DNA from: Patescibacteria group bacterium
GTDB lineage: Bacteria > Patescibacteriota > Minisyncoccia > Moranbacterales > UBA2206
DNA: 64,000 bases
Assembly: GCA_022709735.1 (NCBI GenBank)
Contig: JAKLIG010000001.1
Coordinates: 128,586 to 192,585 of the forward strand
Reading direction: 5' to 3'
The notes beneath the pieces were generated by a model, which saw only the letters and a list, made by a program, of their open reading frames with translations, ran no database searches and was not told the DNA's origin. Below, in pieces: positions 8,949 to 17,965 of the stretch. The stretch's first letter is position 1. Each line of letters opens with the position of its first letter. The translations under genes were made by a program, and so were the position numbers.

Positions 8949-9092
8949 AAAATAATTTTCAATTATCAATTTACAATTTACAATAAATTTTCAATTAAAT
9001 AATTTTCAACATATTGTTTTATTTGAAAATTGATTATTGATTATTGTAAATTGATTGAAAATTGATTATTGTAAATTGAAAATTAAAACCAG
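8949..9092. repeat. AT-rich imperfect inverted repeat built from CAATTTACAAT / TTTTCAATT units
   Basis: Left arm 8955-9005 and right arm 9030-9088 are approximate reverse complements; same motif at 31673-31715 and inside rsmH 9290-9340. Confidence 0.6.
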
Positions 9093-10094
9093 ATGTCTAT
9101 TCACAAGCCAGTATTGCTAAGCGAAACAATAGAAGCATTAAATCTTAAAAAAGGCGATGTTGTGGTAGATGCGACTTTCGGACAAGGAGGACATAGCCGC
9201 GAAGTATTGAAGAGAATAGGAAGTAAAGGAATAATAGTCGGAATTGATACAGACGAGGATGTTATAAAAAATTTCGCGGAATTTCCAATTTCCAAATCTC
9301 AATTTCCAAATAATTTTCAAATTCCAATTTACAAAAAAGAAAATATTTTTTTAGTCAACAGTAATTTTAATAATCTAGAAATAATTTTAAAAATAATCGG
9401 AATAGAAAAAGTTGATGCGATCCTCGCTGATCTTGGCTGGTCAAGTGACCAGCTCAAAGGAAAGGGAATGAGTTTTCAGGAAGATGAAGAGCTGGATATG
9501 CGATTATCTTTACGAACTACGAAATTAACGAACTACGAAAAAATAAACAGTGAAAACCTAAGCGCTAAAGATATTGTAAATAATTATTCAGAAGAAGAAC
9601 TGGGGAGAATTATTAGAAAATATGGCGAAGAAAAATTTTGGAAAAATATTGCGAGAAAAATAGTTGAATATAGAAAAGATAAAAAAATAGAAAAGACTAA
9701 AGAATTGGCGGAAATTATAAAAACTGCCATTCCGGAAAAGTTCAGGCATACCAAACTAAATCCAGCGACGAGAACTTTTCAAGCTTTGCGAATCGAAGTC
9801 AATGAGGAACTAGAAAATCTGGAAAAATTTATTCCGCAAGCAATCAAAGTTTTGAAGCCGAAAGGCAGACTGGCGATAATCGCATTTCATTCGTTAGAAG
9901 ATAGAATTATTAAAGATAAGTTCCGGGAAAATGCAAGGGGATGCATTTGCCCGCCGGATTTTCCGCAGTGTATTTGCGGAAAAAGTCCGAAGGTTTCAAT
10001 CATCACGAGAAAGCCGATCATGGCCAGTGATGCGGAAATCAAAAACAATCCAAGGTCTAGAAGCGCTAAGCTTCGAGTAATTGAGAAAAAATAA
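9093..10094 (+). CDS. rsmH: 16S rRNA (cytosine1402-N4)-methyltransferase RsmH (MraW)
   Basis: DATFGQGGHS SAM motif, LADLGWSSDQL, DMR motif; 333 aa with two extra in-frame segments derived from repeat families. Confidence 0.9.
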   Translation: MSIHKPVLLSETIEALNLKKGDVVVDATFGQGGHSREVLKRIGSKGIIVGIDTDEDVIKNFAEFPISKSQFPNNFQIPIYKKENIFLVNSNFNNLEIILKIIGIEKVDAILADLGWSSDQLKGKGMSFQEDEELDMRLSLRTTKLTNYEKINSENLSAKDIVNNYSEEELGRIIRKYGEEKFWKNIARKIVEYRKDKKIEKTKELAEIIKTAIPEKFRHTKLNPATRTFQALRIEVNEELENLEKFIPQAIKVLKPKGRLAIIAFHSLEDRIIKDKFRENARGCICPPDFPQCICGKSPKVSIITRKPIMASDAEIKNNPRSRSAKLRVIEKK

Positions 10095-10134
10095 AGATAA
10101 ATATACAAATAAATTTCAGGGGGACTGGAATTTA

Positions 10135-10578
10135 ATGTCAAGAGTTTTAACCATCAAAAAAACTGAATTTGGATTTTTTACTTCCAATTTCAGAAGGGGA
10201 AAAACAAAAAGCATATCTCCGAATTGCTCTGTTTTTAGCATGAGAGAATGTTCCAGAACAAAGCGCACTTATGCCAAAAATTTTCGAGGAAGTTTTGATT
10301 TTAATTTTAAAAGCACAATTTTTGTTTTAGCCTCTCTGGTTTTAATGTTAGGAATTTTTTATCTGTATCAAGTGAACGATTTGGCAACCAAGGGATATGA
10401 GATAAAAGAAATGGAAAAACAAATTGCCAATCTTTCACAAATTAATAAAAATAATCGGATCAAGGAAGTGGAGCTTAAGTCAATGTATAATATTGAAAAG
10501 ACGGCAGAAGGTTTGAATCTGGTTAGCTCAAAAGGCATAACTTATCTTAATCTCAATGGTCCGGTAGCAATGAAATAA
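10135..10578 (+). CDS. ftsL: FtsL/DivIC-like cell-division protein (septum formation initiator family)
   Basis: Position between rsmH and ftsI; single TM (TIFVLASLVLMLGIFYLYQV) followed by coiled coil; start moved to ATG 10135 with AGGGGGA SD (track ORF begins at TTG 10081). Confidence 0.5.
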   Translation: MSRVLTIKKTEFGFFTSNFRRGKTKSISPNCSVFSMRECSRTKRTYAKNFRGSFDFNFKSTIFVLASLVLMLGIFYLYQVNDLATKGYEIKEMEKQIANLSQINKNNRIKEVELKSMYNIEKTAEGLNLVSSKGITYLNLNGPVAMK

Positions 10579-10607
10579 ATTCTGCACTAACTTTTCTAAA
10601 TATAGCT

Positions 10608-12467
10608 ATGGCTTCAAAGGATCTAAGAAACAGCCGATGTAAAATAAGCGATTATTCTGAAATTCGAATTTACTTGTTATTTTTCATAATCTTCTTTTTT
10701 TCTTCTCTGATAATTTTTCGGCTGTATAATCTTCAAATATTATCGCGCGATTATTATATATCGCTGGCAGAAGGCCAGCATTCTATTTTTGCCAATTTAA
10801 TCCCAAAACGGGGTGAAATATTTTTGAAAGACAAAGAAGGAGTTTATCCGGTAGCGGTGAATAAAAATACCAAAATGGCTTTTGCTGTTCCACGAGAAAT
10901 AGAAGATTTTCGGAGCACAGCGGAAATTTTAGCGAAAGTGCTTGGCCTCGATGAAGCAGAACTTAAGGATAAATTAGATAATCCCGAGGATATGTACGAA
11001 GTTTTGAAGCATCGCTTGAATGATTATGAAATTTCAGATTTAAATAATTTAAAACTTAAGGGAGTACATTTGTCAGATGAAAGTTTCCGCTATTATCCGG
11101 GAGGAGAATTAGCTTCGCAAGCTTTGGGTTTTGTTGGCTGGAGAGAAAATAGTTTTGGTGGACGCTATGGAATTGAAAATTATTTCGACAAAGAGCTTGG
11201 TGGCCAGGAAGGAAAACTTTTTCAAAACAAAGATAATTCCGGAAAATGGATTCCGACCGGAAAAAAAGAAATAACTTTGGCAAAAGACGGTGATAATTTA
11301 GTTTTGACAATTGATCGAGTCATTCAATATGGAGCAGAAAAAATTCTAAAAAGCGCGGTAAAAAAATTCGAAGCGGACCGAGGAACGATAATTGTGATGG
11401 ATCCGCCGACTGGAAAAATTCTTGCTCTGGCGAGTTATCCATTCTTCGATCCAAATAATTATCAAAGCGAAGATTTGGAAAAATTCAGAAATATTGCAAT
11501 AAGTGATTCCTATGAATGCGGTAGTGTTTTCAAAACCATAACCCTAGCTTCGGCGATAGATGACGGAAAAATTTCTCCTGACACGACTTTCACGGATACC
11601 GGAACAGTAAATGAAGCCGGGTATGCTATAAAAAATTCTGATCTCAAAGCTTATGGCAAGCAAACAATGACGCAAGTTTTGGAAAAATCGCTAAATACCG
11701 GAGCGATATATGCGCAGAAACTTTTAGGCAATAATAATTTTTCTGATTATGTAAAAAGATTCGGTTTTGGCGAAATAACTGGGATTGGGTTGCCTGGGGA
11801 AAGTGCTGGAAACATTTCCAATTTAAAAAATGTAAAAAGTGATATAAATTTTTTCACGGCTTCGTTCGGGCAGGGAATATCCGTCACGCCCATTCAATTA
11901 GTTTCTGCTTACAATGCTATTGCTAGCGGGGGAACGCTTATGAAGCCCCAAATTGTAGAAAAAATTATTCATGCGGATGGAAGCGTGGATGAAATTCAAC
12001 CCGAGGAAGTTAGAAAAGTTATTTCTCAAAGCGCTGTCGGCCAAATTTCTCAAATACTTGAAAGTGTTGTCGTCAATGGGCATGGAAAAAGAGCAGGAGT
12101 TCCTGGATATAAAGTGGGCGGAAAAACTGGAACAGCGCAAATAGCCAGCAGGGAAAAAAAGGGTTATGAAGAGGGAAAAAACATTGGATCATTCGCTGGT
12201 TTTGCTCCTCTGGACAATCCGCAATTTACAATTTTAGTTCGAATGGATAATCCTAAAGCAGTTGAATGGGCGGAATCCAGCGCAGCGCCGACCTTTGGGG
12301 AACTAATGAAATTTTTGCTGGATTATAAAAATATCAAGCCGACAGAAAAATATACAGAAAAAGATTTAAATATTTTTCGACAAACCCATAATTTGAACGA
12401 ATTTTATATAAATAGTGAAAAAGAAGAAAGGGAAAAAGAAAAAAAAGATGAAAGAGCAAAGCCATAA
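10608..12467 (+). CDS. ftsI: Peptidoglycan D,D-transpeptidase FtsI (class B PBP)
   Basis: N-terminal anchor, SXXK (GSVFKT), SXN (KSLNTG), KTGT (GGKTGTAQ) motifs. Confidence 0.9.
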   Translation: MASKDLRNSRCKISDYSEIRIYLLFFIIFFFSSLIIFRLYNLQILSRDYYISLAEGQHSIFANLIPKRGEIFLKDKEGVYPVAVNKNTKMAFAVPREIEDFRSTAEILAKVLGLDEAELKDKLDNPEDMYEVLKHRLNDYEISDLNNLKLKGVHLSDESFRYYPGGELASQALGFVGWRENSFGGRYGIENYFDKELGGQEGKLFQNKDNSGKWIPTGKKEITLAKDGDNLVLTIDRVIQYGAEKILKSAVKKFEADRGTIIVMDPPTGKILALASYPFFDPNNYQSEDLEKFRNIAISDSYECGSVFKTITLASAIDDGKISPDTTFTDTGTVNEAGYAIKNSDLKAYGKQTMTQVLEKSLNTGAIYAQKLLGNNNFSDYVKRFGFGEITGIGLPGESAGNISNLKNVKSDINFFTASFGQGISVTPIQLVSAYNAIASGGTLMKPQIVEKIIHADGSVDEIQPEEVRKVISQSAVGQISQILESVVVNGHGKRAGVPGYKVGGKTGTAQIASREKKGYEEGKNIGSFAGFAPLDNPQFTILVRMDNPKAVEWAESSAAPTFGELMKFLLDYKNIKPTEKYTEKDLNIFRQTHNLNEFYINSEKEEREKEKKDERAKP

Positions 12468-13773
12468 GGCAAAAAAAATTATTTTTCTCGAAAAAACCTT
12501 GAAGTTCATGGCGGTTTTGCTGATCAAAAAATATAAGCCAAAAATTATCGGCATCACCGGATCAGTGGGAAAAACTTCTTCCAAGGAGGCAATCTATGCG
12601 GTTTTATTCAAGCATTTTCGCGTGAGAAAAACTGAAAAAAATTATAACAATGAAATCGGGCTTCCACTTTCTATTATCGGAGCGGAAAGCGGGGGAAAAT
12701 CAGCTTGGAAGTGGATCGGCGTTTTCTTGAAGTGGCTCGGATTTTTGATTTTGCCTTTGAAGTATCCGGAAATTTTGATTTTAGAAATGGGTGCTGACCG
12801 ACCGGGAGACATCAGATATTTAACGAGTTTTATTCGTCCTGAAATAGCTGTGATTACGGAAATTTCCTTGAGTCATTTGGAATATTTTAAGACAGTTGAA
12901 AAAATTGCCGAGGAGAAATGGACGCTCGTGGAAAAACTTGAACCCAAAGGTTTTGCGGCGGTAAATTTGGATAATCAAAAGATAAAAAAACTGAAAGAAC
13001 AAAACAAAAGAGATGACATTAATTTTCTGACTTTTGGATTTTTAGAGAACGCGGATATCCAGGCGACCGATATCTCTTATAATTATTCTAATAGCGAAAG
13101 CAATGGGGGCAGAGAAATAAAGGGCCTTTCTTTCAAGCTAAATTACAAGGGCACAAGCATTCCGGTTCGGCTCAATAATATTTTAGCCGAGCATAATATT
13201 TATGCGGCGCTTTCTGCTGTTGCAATCGGGCTGGTTTTCAAACTTAATCTGGTGGAAATTGCCGAATCTCTTTCAAATTTTTCAATGCCGGCTGGCCGGA
13301 TGAATTTAATTTCCGGGATAAAAAATACTTTTATAATCGACGATACATACAATGCTTCTCCAATCGCAACACTTTCCGCTTTGGAAGTTTTGAAAAATAT
13401 TGAAGCGCCGAGAAAGATTGCGGTGCTTGGAGATATGTTGGAACTTGGAGAAGAAACACAGGTCGAACATCGAAGCGTGGCTAAGAAATTTTTGGAAATT
13501 AAGAATGGAATATTTTTTGCCGTAGGCGAGCGGATGAAATTTGCAACGGAAGAACTCAAAAAACACCGCATTGCCCCGGAAAGAATATTTGAATTTGCTG
13601 ATTCAGTTTCTGCTGGAAGAAAACTTCAGGAAATAATTCAAGAGGGAGATCTAATTTTAATCAAGGGTTCGCAAGGCATGCGAATGGAAAAAATAGTCGA
13701 AGAAATTATGGCGGAACCAGAAATGGCCAGGGAGCTTCTTTGCCGGCAAAGCGAGGCCTGGAAGAAAAATTGA
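12448..13773 (+). CDS. murF: UDP-N-acetylmuramoyl-tripeptide--D-alanyl-D-alanine ligase MurF (short N-terminal domain)
   Basis: GITGSVGKTS P-loop, DDTYNASP (MurF-type DDSYNANP) motif; start overlaps ftsI stop within A-rich tract. Confidence 0.75.
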   Translation: MKEQSHKAKKIIFLEKTLKFMAVLLIKKYKPKIIGITGSVGKTSSKEAIYAVLFKHFRVRKTEKNYNNEIGLPLSIIGAESGGKSAWKWIGVFLKWLGFLILPLKYPEILILEMGADRPGDIRYLTSFIRPEIAVITEISLSHLEYFKTVEKIAEEKWTLVEKLEPKGFAAVNLDNQKIKKLKEQNKRDDINFLTFGFLENADIQATDISYNYSNSESNGGREIKGLSFKLNYKGTSIPVRLNNILAEHNIYAALSAVAIGLVFKLNLVEIAESLSNFSMPAGRMNLISGIKNTFIIDDTYNASPIATLSALEVLKNIEAPRKIAVLGDMLELGEETQVEHRSVAKKFLEIKNGIFFAVGERMKFATEELKKHRIAPERIFEFADSVSAGRKLQEIIQEGDLILIKGSQGMRMEKIVEEIMAEPEMARELLCRQSEAWKKN

Positions 13774-13825
13774 AAATTTTGGCAAGTTTAGATAATCGGA
13801 TTGGTCGGGGGAGGAAATCCGATAT

Positions 13826-13858
13826 GAAAAACTCCGGGATGAAAATCTCGGAGTTTTT
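13826..13858 (+). terminator. Rho-independent terminator after murF
   Basis: aaaaactccg-ggatgaaaatct-cggagttttt stem-loop plus T-run. Confidence 0.65.
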
Positions 13859-13898
13859 AGTTTTTGACCCTAAAACATATTTGGCGTAAAATTGAAAT

Positions 13899-14549
13899 AT
13901 GGCGAAATTCAAAACACATATGGGCTGGGGAGTTTTTGTCGGAGTCGCTCTGGTTGTAGCCGGGTTGATTTATTCTATAATTTCCGGAATAGAATCAGCC
14001 ATCTGGATTTTTTCGGCCGTGCTCTTGGGTTCATTTCTTCCTGATCTTGATTTGGATGGCGGAGTTCCATTTCAAATTCTTTTCGGTCTTCTTGGGGCGG
14101 GATTTGCCGGGTTTATATTTTTTAACTTTTATCAGGAAGGGGAGCGGAGTTTGAAAATATTAATTTTAATTCCGGCGCTGACTTTTGTTGCAGTTCGTTT
14201 TATCGCTGGATATATTTTTGAAAAATTTACTCATCATCGAGGAATGTTCCATTCTATTCCGGCGGCCATTCTTTTTGGGCTTCTTACAATTTGGTTTTCA
14301 CATTTATTCAAAATTATCGAGGGCAAAGAGCTTGTTATTGGGGCATCAGTCGCCATCGGTTATATCGGGCATTTGATTTTAGACGAAATCTATTCCTCCA
14401 CTAATCTCAAGGGCTATTCGCTTCTTCCCAAACAATCTCTTGGAAGCGCGCTCAAATTTTATTCTGATTCTCGACTTTCCACCTTGCTCTTTTATTGTTT
14501 GATTTTTGCTCTCGCGCTCACACTTCCCGAAACGAGAGAATTTTTCTAA
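13899..14549 (+). CDS. Membrane-bound metal-dependent hydrolase (YdjM/DUF457 family)
   Basis: Polytopic; HHRGMFHS and GHLILDE His-rich motifs typical of DUF457. Confidence 0.5.
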   Translation: MAKFKTHMGWGVFVGVALVVAGLIYSIISGIESAIWIFSAVLLGSFLPDLDLDGGVPFQILFGLLGAGFAGFIFFNFYQEGERSLKILILIPALTFVAVRFIAGYIFEKFTHHRGMFHSIPAAILFGLLTIWFSHLFKIIEGKELVIGASVAIGYIGHLILDEIYSSTNLKGYSLLPKQSLGSALKFYSDSRLSTLLFYCLIFALALTLPETREFF

Positions 14550-14582
14550 AAAATGGTATAATATATTCAAATAAATTTATTT

Positions 14583-15095
14583 ATGAAAATATCACTTGAT
14601 ATTGAACTTGAAAAAGCTGTGCGAATTTTGGCAAAATATTTGTTGCCTTCTAAAGAAAATTCTAGGAAGCCAATTTTGATGCATGATTTGCGAGTCGGAA
14701 TGCATTTGTATGAAAATAATTATTCACACGATATTATTCTTGCGGGAGTGTTGCATGATGCTTTAGAATTCAGTGAAATTACAGAGCAAATGATTTCTGA
14801 AGAATTTGGTGAAAATGTTTTGCGTCTTGTAAAAGCGAATTCAAAAGATAGATCAATTGAAAATTCAGATGAGAGAATAGAAGAATTAATTAAAAGATGC
14901 GCTCAAACTGGCGAAGATGCTCTGATAGTGAAAGTAGCGGATACGCTGGATAGTTTCAAATATTATACAAAAACAAATAATCAATCCGAACTTGAATATT
15001 GTCGAAAAACAACCGGGGCGATTTTCAAATATAAGTCGGAAGATTACAAAGATCCGATATTCGAAAAACTTGAGGAGTGGATTAATAAATTATAA
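14583..15095 (+). CDS. HD-domain phosphohydrolase
   Basis: H..H...HD motif region LMHDLRVGMHLY...VLHDALE. Confidence 0.65.
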   Translation: MKISLDIELEKAVRILAKYLLPSKENSRKPILMHDLRVGMHLYENNYSHDIILAGVLHDALEFSEITEQMISEEFGENVLRLVKANSKDRSIENSDERIEELIKRCAQTGEDALIVKVADTLDSFKYYTKTNNQSELEYCRKTTGAIFKYKSEDYKDPIFEKLEEWINKL

Positions 15096-15123
15096 AAATT
15101 TAATTTAATCTAAAAATTATTTT

Positions 15124-15864
15124 ATGCGAAAAGAAGAAGTGAAAAAAATTGTAAAGGATAGTTATACGAAAATTGCCAAAGGAAGCGGTTGCTCCTGTTG
15201 CGGGGCAAAGAAGGAGCAGGAAAGAATTGCTCAGGAAATTGGCTATTCCAAAGAGGATATTGGAAAATTTTCTGAGGCGAACTTAGGATTGGGATGTGGA
15301 AATCCAGTGGCGATGGCAGAAATTAAAGAAGGCGATGTTGTTTTAGATTTGGGATCAGGCGCTGGGTTTGATTGTTTTTTAGCAGTTAGAAGAGTAGGAG
15401 AAATTGGAAAAGTAATTGGAGTAGATATGACAGAGGAAATGTTGAAAAAAGCCAAAACCAATGCTGAAAAATATGGATATAAAAATGTTGAATTTAAACT
15501 GGGTGAGATTGAAAATTTACCGGTGGAAAATAATTCTATAGACATAATAATTAGTAATTGCGTGATTAATTTGTCGCCCGACAAAGACAAAGTTTTTGAG
15601 GAATCTTTTAGGGTTTTGAAAACTGGAGGAAAAATGTTTGTTTCTGATATCGTTTTGCTTCAGGAACTTCCGGAGGAAATCAAAAATAATAAAGATCTTC
15701 TATCTGGTTGTGTGGCTGGCGCACTTTTAAAGGACAATTATATTTCCAAAATGAAAAAAGCTGGTTTTGAAATCGAAGTGCTTTCAGAAGACAAAGATAT
15801 TAGTAAAAAACAATATTCCAATATGCCTCTTGAAAGCTTAAAAATCAAAGCAGTTAAAAAATAA
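15124..15864 (+). CDS. arsM: ArsM-type arsenite S-adenosylmethionine methyltransferase-like protein
   Basis: [14 protein letters not shown] motif; [19 protein letters not shown] and SGCVAGA cysteine motifs matching ArsM catalytic Cys positions; N-terminal CSCCG. Confidence 0.55.
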   Translation: MRKEEVKKIVKDSYTKIAKGSGCSCCGAKKEQERIAQEIGYSKEDIGKFSEANLGLGCGNPVAMAEIKEGDVVLDLGSGAGFDCFLAVRRVGEIGKVIGVDMTEEMLKKAKTNAEKYGYKNVEFKLGEIENLPVENNSIDIIISNCVINLSPDKDKVFEESFRVLKTGGKMFVSDIVLLQELPEEIKNNKDLLSGCVAGALLKDNYISKMKKAGFEIEVLSEDKDISKKQYSNMPLESLKIKAVKK

Positions 15865-15892
15865 AATTAATAATAATTAAAATAAAAAAATT

Positions 15893-16555
15893 ATGAGAAA
15901 ACTATTTTTGGACATTGAAACGCTTCCGGCGCATGAGGAAAATCACGAAATACTCAAATTTCTTTTTGACAAGAAAAAAGCCAAGAAAAATAAAAAAGAC
16001 GGATGCGAAGATGGCACTGATTTTGAACAATATCTTTTGGGCACTTCTTTTGACGGCGCTTATGGCCGAATTCTTTGTATTGCTTATGCAATTGATGACA
16101 AACCGGTCGAAGTTTTGAATGGCGACGGCGATGAAGCCCAGATGCTCGAAAAATTTTGGGAAATTGTAGATTCAATCAGTAAGCCAGCACAAAATCCGCA
16201 GTGGCCAGATTATGGCGTGCAATTTATCGGGCACAATGTGATGGATTTTGATTTGCGCTTTATTTATCAGCGATCAATTGTCAACAAAGTGAAGCCAGCT
16301 TATGAATTGTCATTTGCGAGGTATAGAAGTTATCCAATTTATGACACGATGAAAGAATGGGTGAAATGGGCGAATAATAATGTTGGATTGGAAACTTTGG
16401 CACTGGCGCTTGGTATTCCAACGCCCAAAGATGGAATTGACGGTTCGCAAGTTTATGATTTTTGGAAAGCTGGAAAAGCTAAAGAAATCTGCGAATATTG
16501 CAAAAGAGATGTCGAATGCACGCGGGAAGTCTACAAAAGAATGACATTTTACTAA
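15893..16555 (+). CDS. PolB-type 3'-5' exonuclease domain protein (RNase H-like fold)
   Basis: LDIETLP exo-I-like motif, GHNVMDFDLRFI exo-II-like, C-terminal YCKRDVE. Confidence 0.5.
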   Translation: MRKLFLDIETLPAHEENHEILKFLFDKKKAKKNKKDGCEDGTDFEQYLLGTSFDGAYGRILCIAYAIDDKPVEVLNGDGDEAQMLEKFWEIVDSISKPAQNPQWPDYGVQFIGHNVMDFDLRFIYQRSIVNKVKPAYELSFARYRSYPIYDTMKEWVKWANNNVGLETLALALGIPTPKDGIDGSQVYDFWKAGKAKEICEYCKRDVECTREVYKRMTFY

Positions 16556-16569
16556 AATAATTTTAATTT

Positions 16570-17172
16570 ATGATTTTCACGCATTGGTTAGTGATTGCTG
16601 GTGTAATAGTTGGTTTTGGAGGCTCCTTTAAATATATTCGTGATACATTGATTGGGGAAACAAAACCTAATCGAGTCTCTTGGCTTATGTGGTCGCTTGC
16701 CCCATTAATTAGTTTGGGGGCAGCTCTATCAAGCGGTGGCGATTTTTGGGCAAACATTCGCGTTTTTACTGCCGGATTTATTCCGCTTATAATTTTTATT
16801 ATATCTTTTGTTAATCCCAAGAGTTATTGGAAAATAACATTTTTTGATTTAGTATGTGGCGCTTGTTCTGCTGTAGCAATTATTATTTGGCTAGTTATTG
16901 ATTCTCCTCGGCTAGCAATTATTTTAGCACTTTTGGGCGATGGATTTGCTGCTTTTCCAACTATAATAAAGGCATGGAAATTTCCAGAAACTGAAACCGG
17001 GCTGACTTTCATAGCAGGGATAATAAGTGTTTTGCTTATACTTCCATCTATTCCGGTTTGGAATATTGAAAATTCTGCTTTTCAAATTTATCTTTTAATT
17101 GCAAATTTTTCTATAGCCATATCAATATATCGTAAAAAAATATTTGGATATTTTTTAGCAGATAAGTGTTAA
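16570..17172 (+). CDS. Polytopic membrane protein, unknown function
   Basis: 200 aa, 5-6 predicted TM helices. Confidence 0.5.
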   Translation: MIFTHWLVIAGVIVGFGGSFKYIRDTLIGETKPNRVSWLMWSLAPLISLGAALSSGGDFWANIRVFTAGFIPLIIFIISFVNPKSYWKITFFDLVCGACSAVAIIIWLVIDSPRLAIILALLGDGFAAFPTIIKAWKFPETETGLTFIAGIISVLLILPSIPVWNIENSAFQIYLLIANFSIAISIYRKKIFGYFLADKC

Positions 17173-17174
17173 TT

Positions 17175-17423
17175 ATGTATTATCTCTATATTCTCAAATG
17201 CGCTGACAAAACTTTATATACCGGAATTACTACGGACTTAGAAAGAAGAATTGTCGAACATAACAACACGAAACTTGGCGCAAAATATACCGCTTTTCGC
17301 CGACCAGTAAAATTGGTTTACTGCAAAAAATTCAAAAGTCGGTCGCTAGCTTCCAAAGAAGAAGCTAAAATTAAAAAATTGAGAAGAATTCAAAAGTTAG
17401 AATTAATTAAAAAAGCTAAATAA
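17175..17423 (+). CDS. GIY-YIG nuclease family protein (UPF0213/YhbQ-like)
   Basis: YYLYILKCADKTLYTGITTDLERRIVEHN GIY-YIG motif; ATG at 17175 chosen (track ORF starts at GTG 17166). Confidence 0.8.
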   Translation: MYYLYILKCADKTLYTGITTDLERRIVEHNNTKLGAKYTAFRRPVKLVYCKKFKSRSLASKEEAKIKKLRRIQKLELIKKAK

Positions 17424-17428
17424 AAAAT

Positions 17429-17824
17429 ATGAAAGCATATAATTGGTATTCGCAATTAATCAAACCGACCTGGTCTCCGCCAGCCTGGGTTTTTGGACCA
17501 GTCTGGACTTTTCTCTATGCGTTAATTGCCATTTCATTCGGAAAAGTATTGTGGATGTTTTTGAAAAAACAAATTCCTTTTTTGGTAATTTTGCCATTTA
17601 TTCTAAATCTTATTTTTAATTTTTCTTTTACTCCAATCCAATTTGGTTTGAAAAATAATCTTTTGGCAGCAGCAGATATTTTGCTAGTTCTTGGAACGCT
17701 TATTTGGGCGATGATTGCGATTTATCCTCATGCGCGTTGGATAACTTACATCCAAATTCCATATCTTCTTTGGGTAACATTCGCAACAGTTTTGCAACTT
17801 ACTATTACATATTTAAATAAGTAA
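17429..17824 (+). CDS. tspO: TspO/MBR family tryptophan-rich sensory protein
   Basis: LIKPTWSPPAWVFGPVWTFLY matches TspO consensus; 131 aa, multiple TM. Confidence 0.7.
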   Translation: MKAYNWYSQLIKPTWSPPAWVFGPVWTFLYALIAISFGKVLWMFLKKQIPFLVILPFILNLIFNFSFTPIQFGLKNNLLAAADILLVLGTLIWAMIAIYPHARWITYIQIPYLLWVTFATVLQLTITYLNK

Positions 17825-17965
17825 TTTTATTATGAAAAATTACGCTAAAGTCGGAGGAAAGAATGGGAAGCCGGCTTATCGGACGCCATCAAGTTTTTGT
17901 TATAAAAAAATTTAAAAATAAATAAAATAAAGCGCAAAATCAAATAATTATTAATTTTTAAAGTT

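Noticed and set aside
10081-10134. TTG-initiated 18-codon N-terminal extension of the ftsL-like ORF overlapping the rsmH stop
   Set aside because: An internal ATG at 10135 has a proper AGGGGGA SD, whereas the TTG start has none.
15243-15590. 115-aa minus-strand ORF
   Set aside because: Antisense to the well-supported ArsM-like methyltransferase gene.
17840-17900. GC-richer patch between tspO and the deaminase gene that could be a tRNA or small RNA
   Set aside because: Too short and lacks acceptor-stem/T-arm complementarity; only a small aagccggctt palindrome is present.
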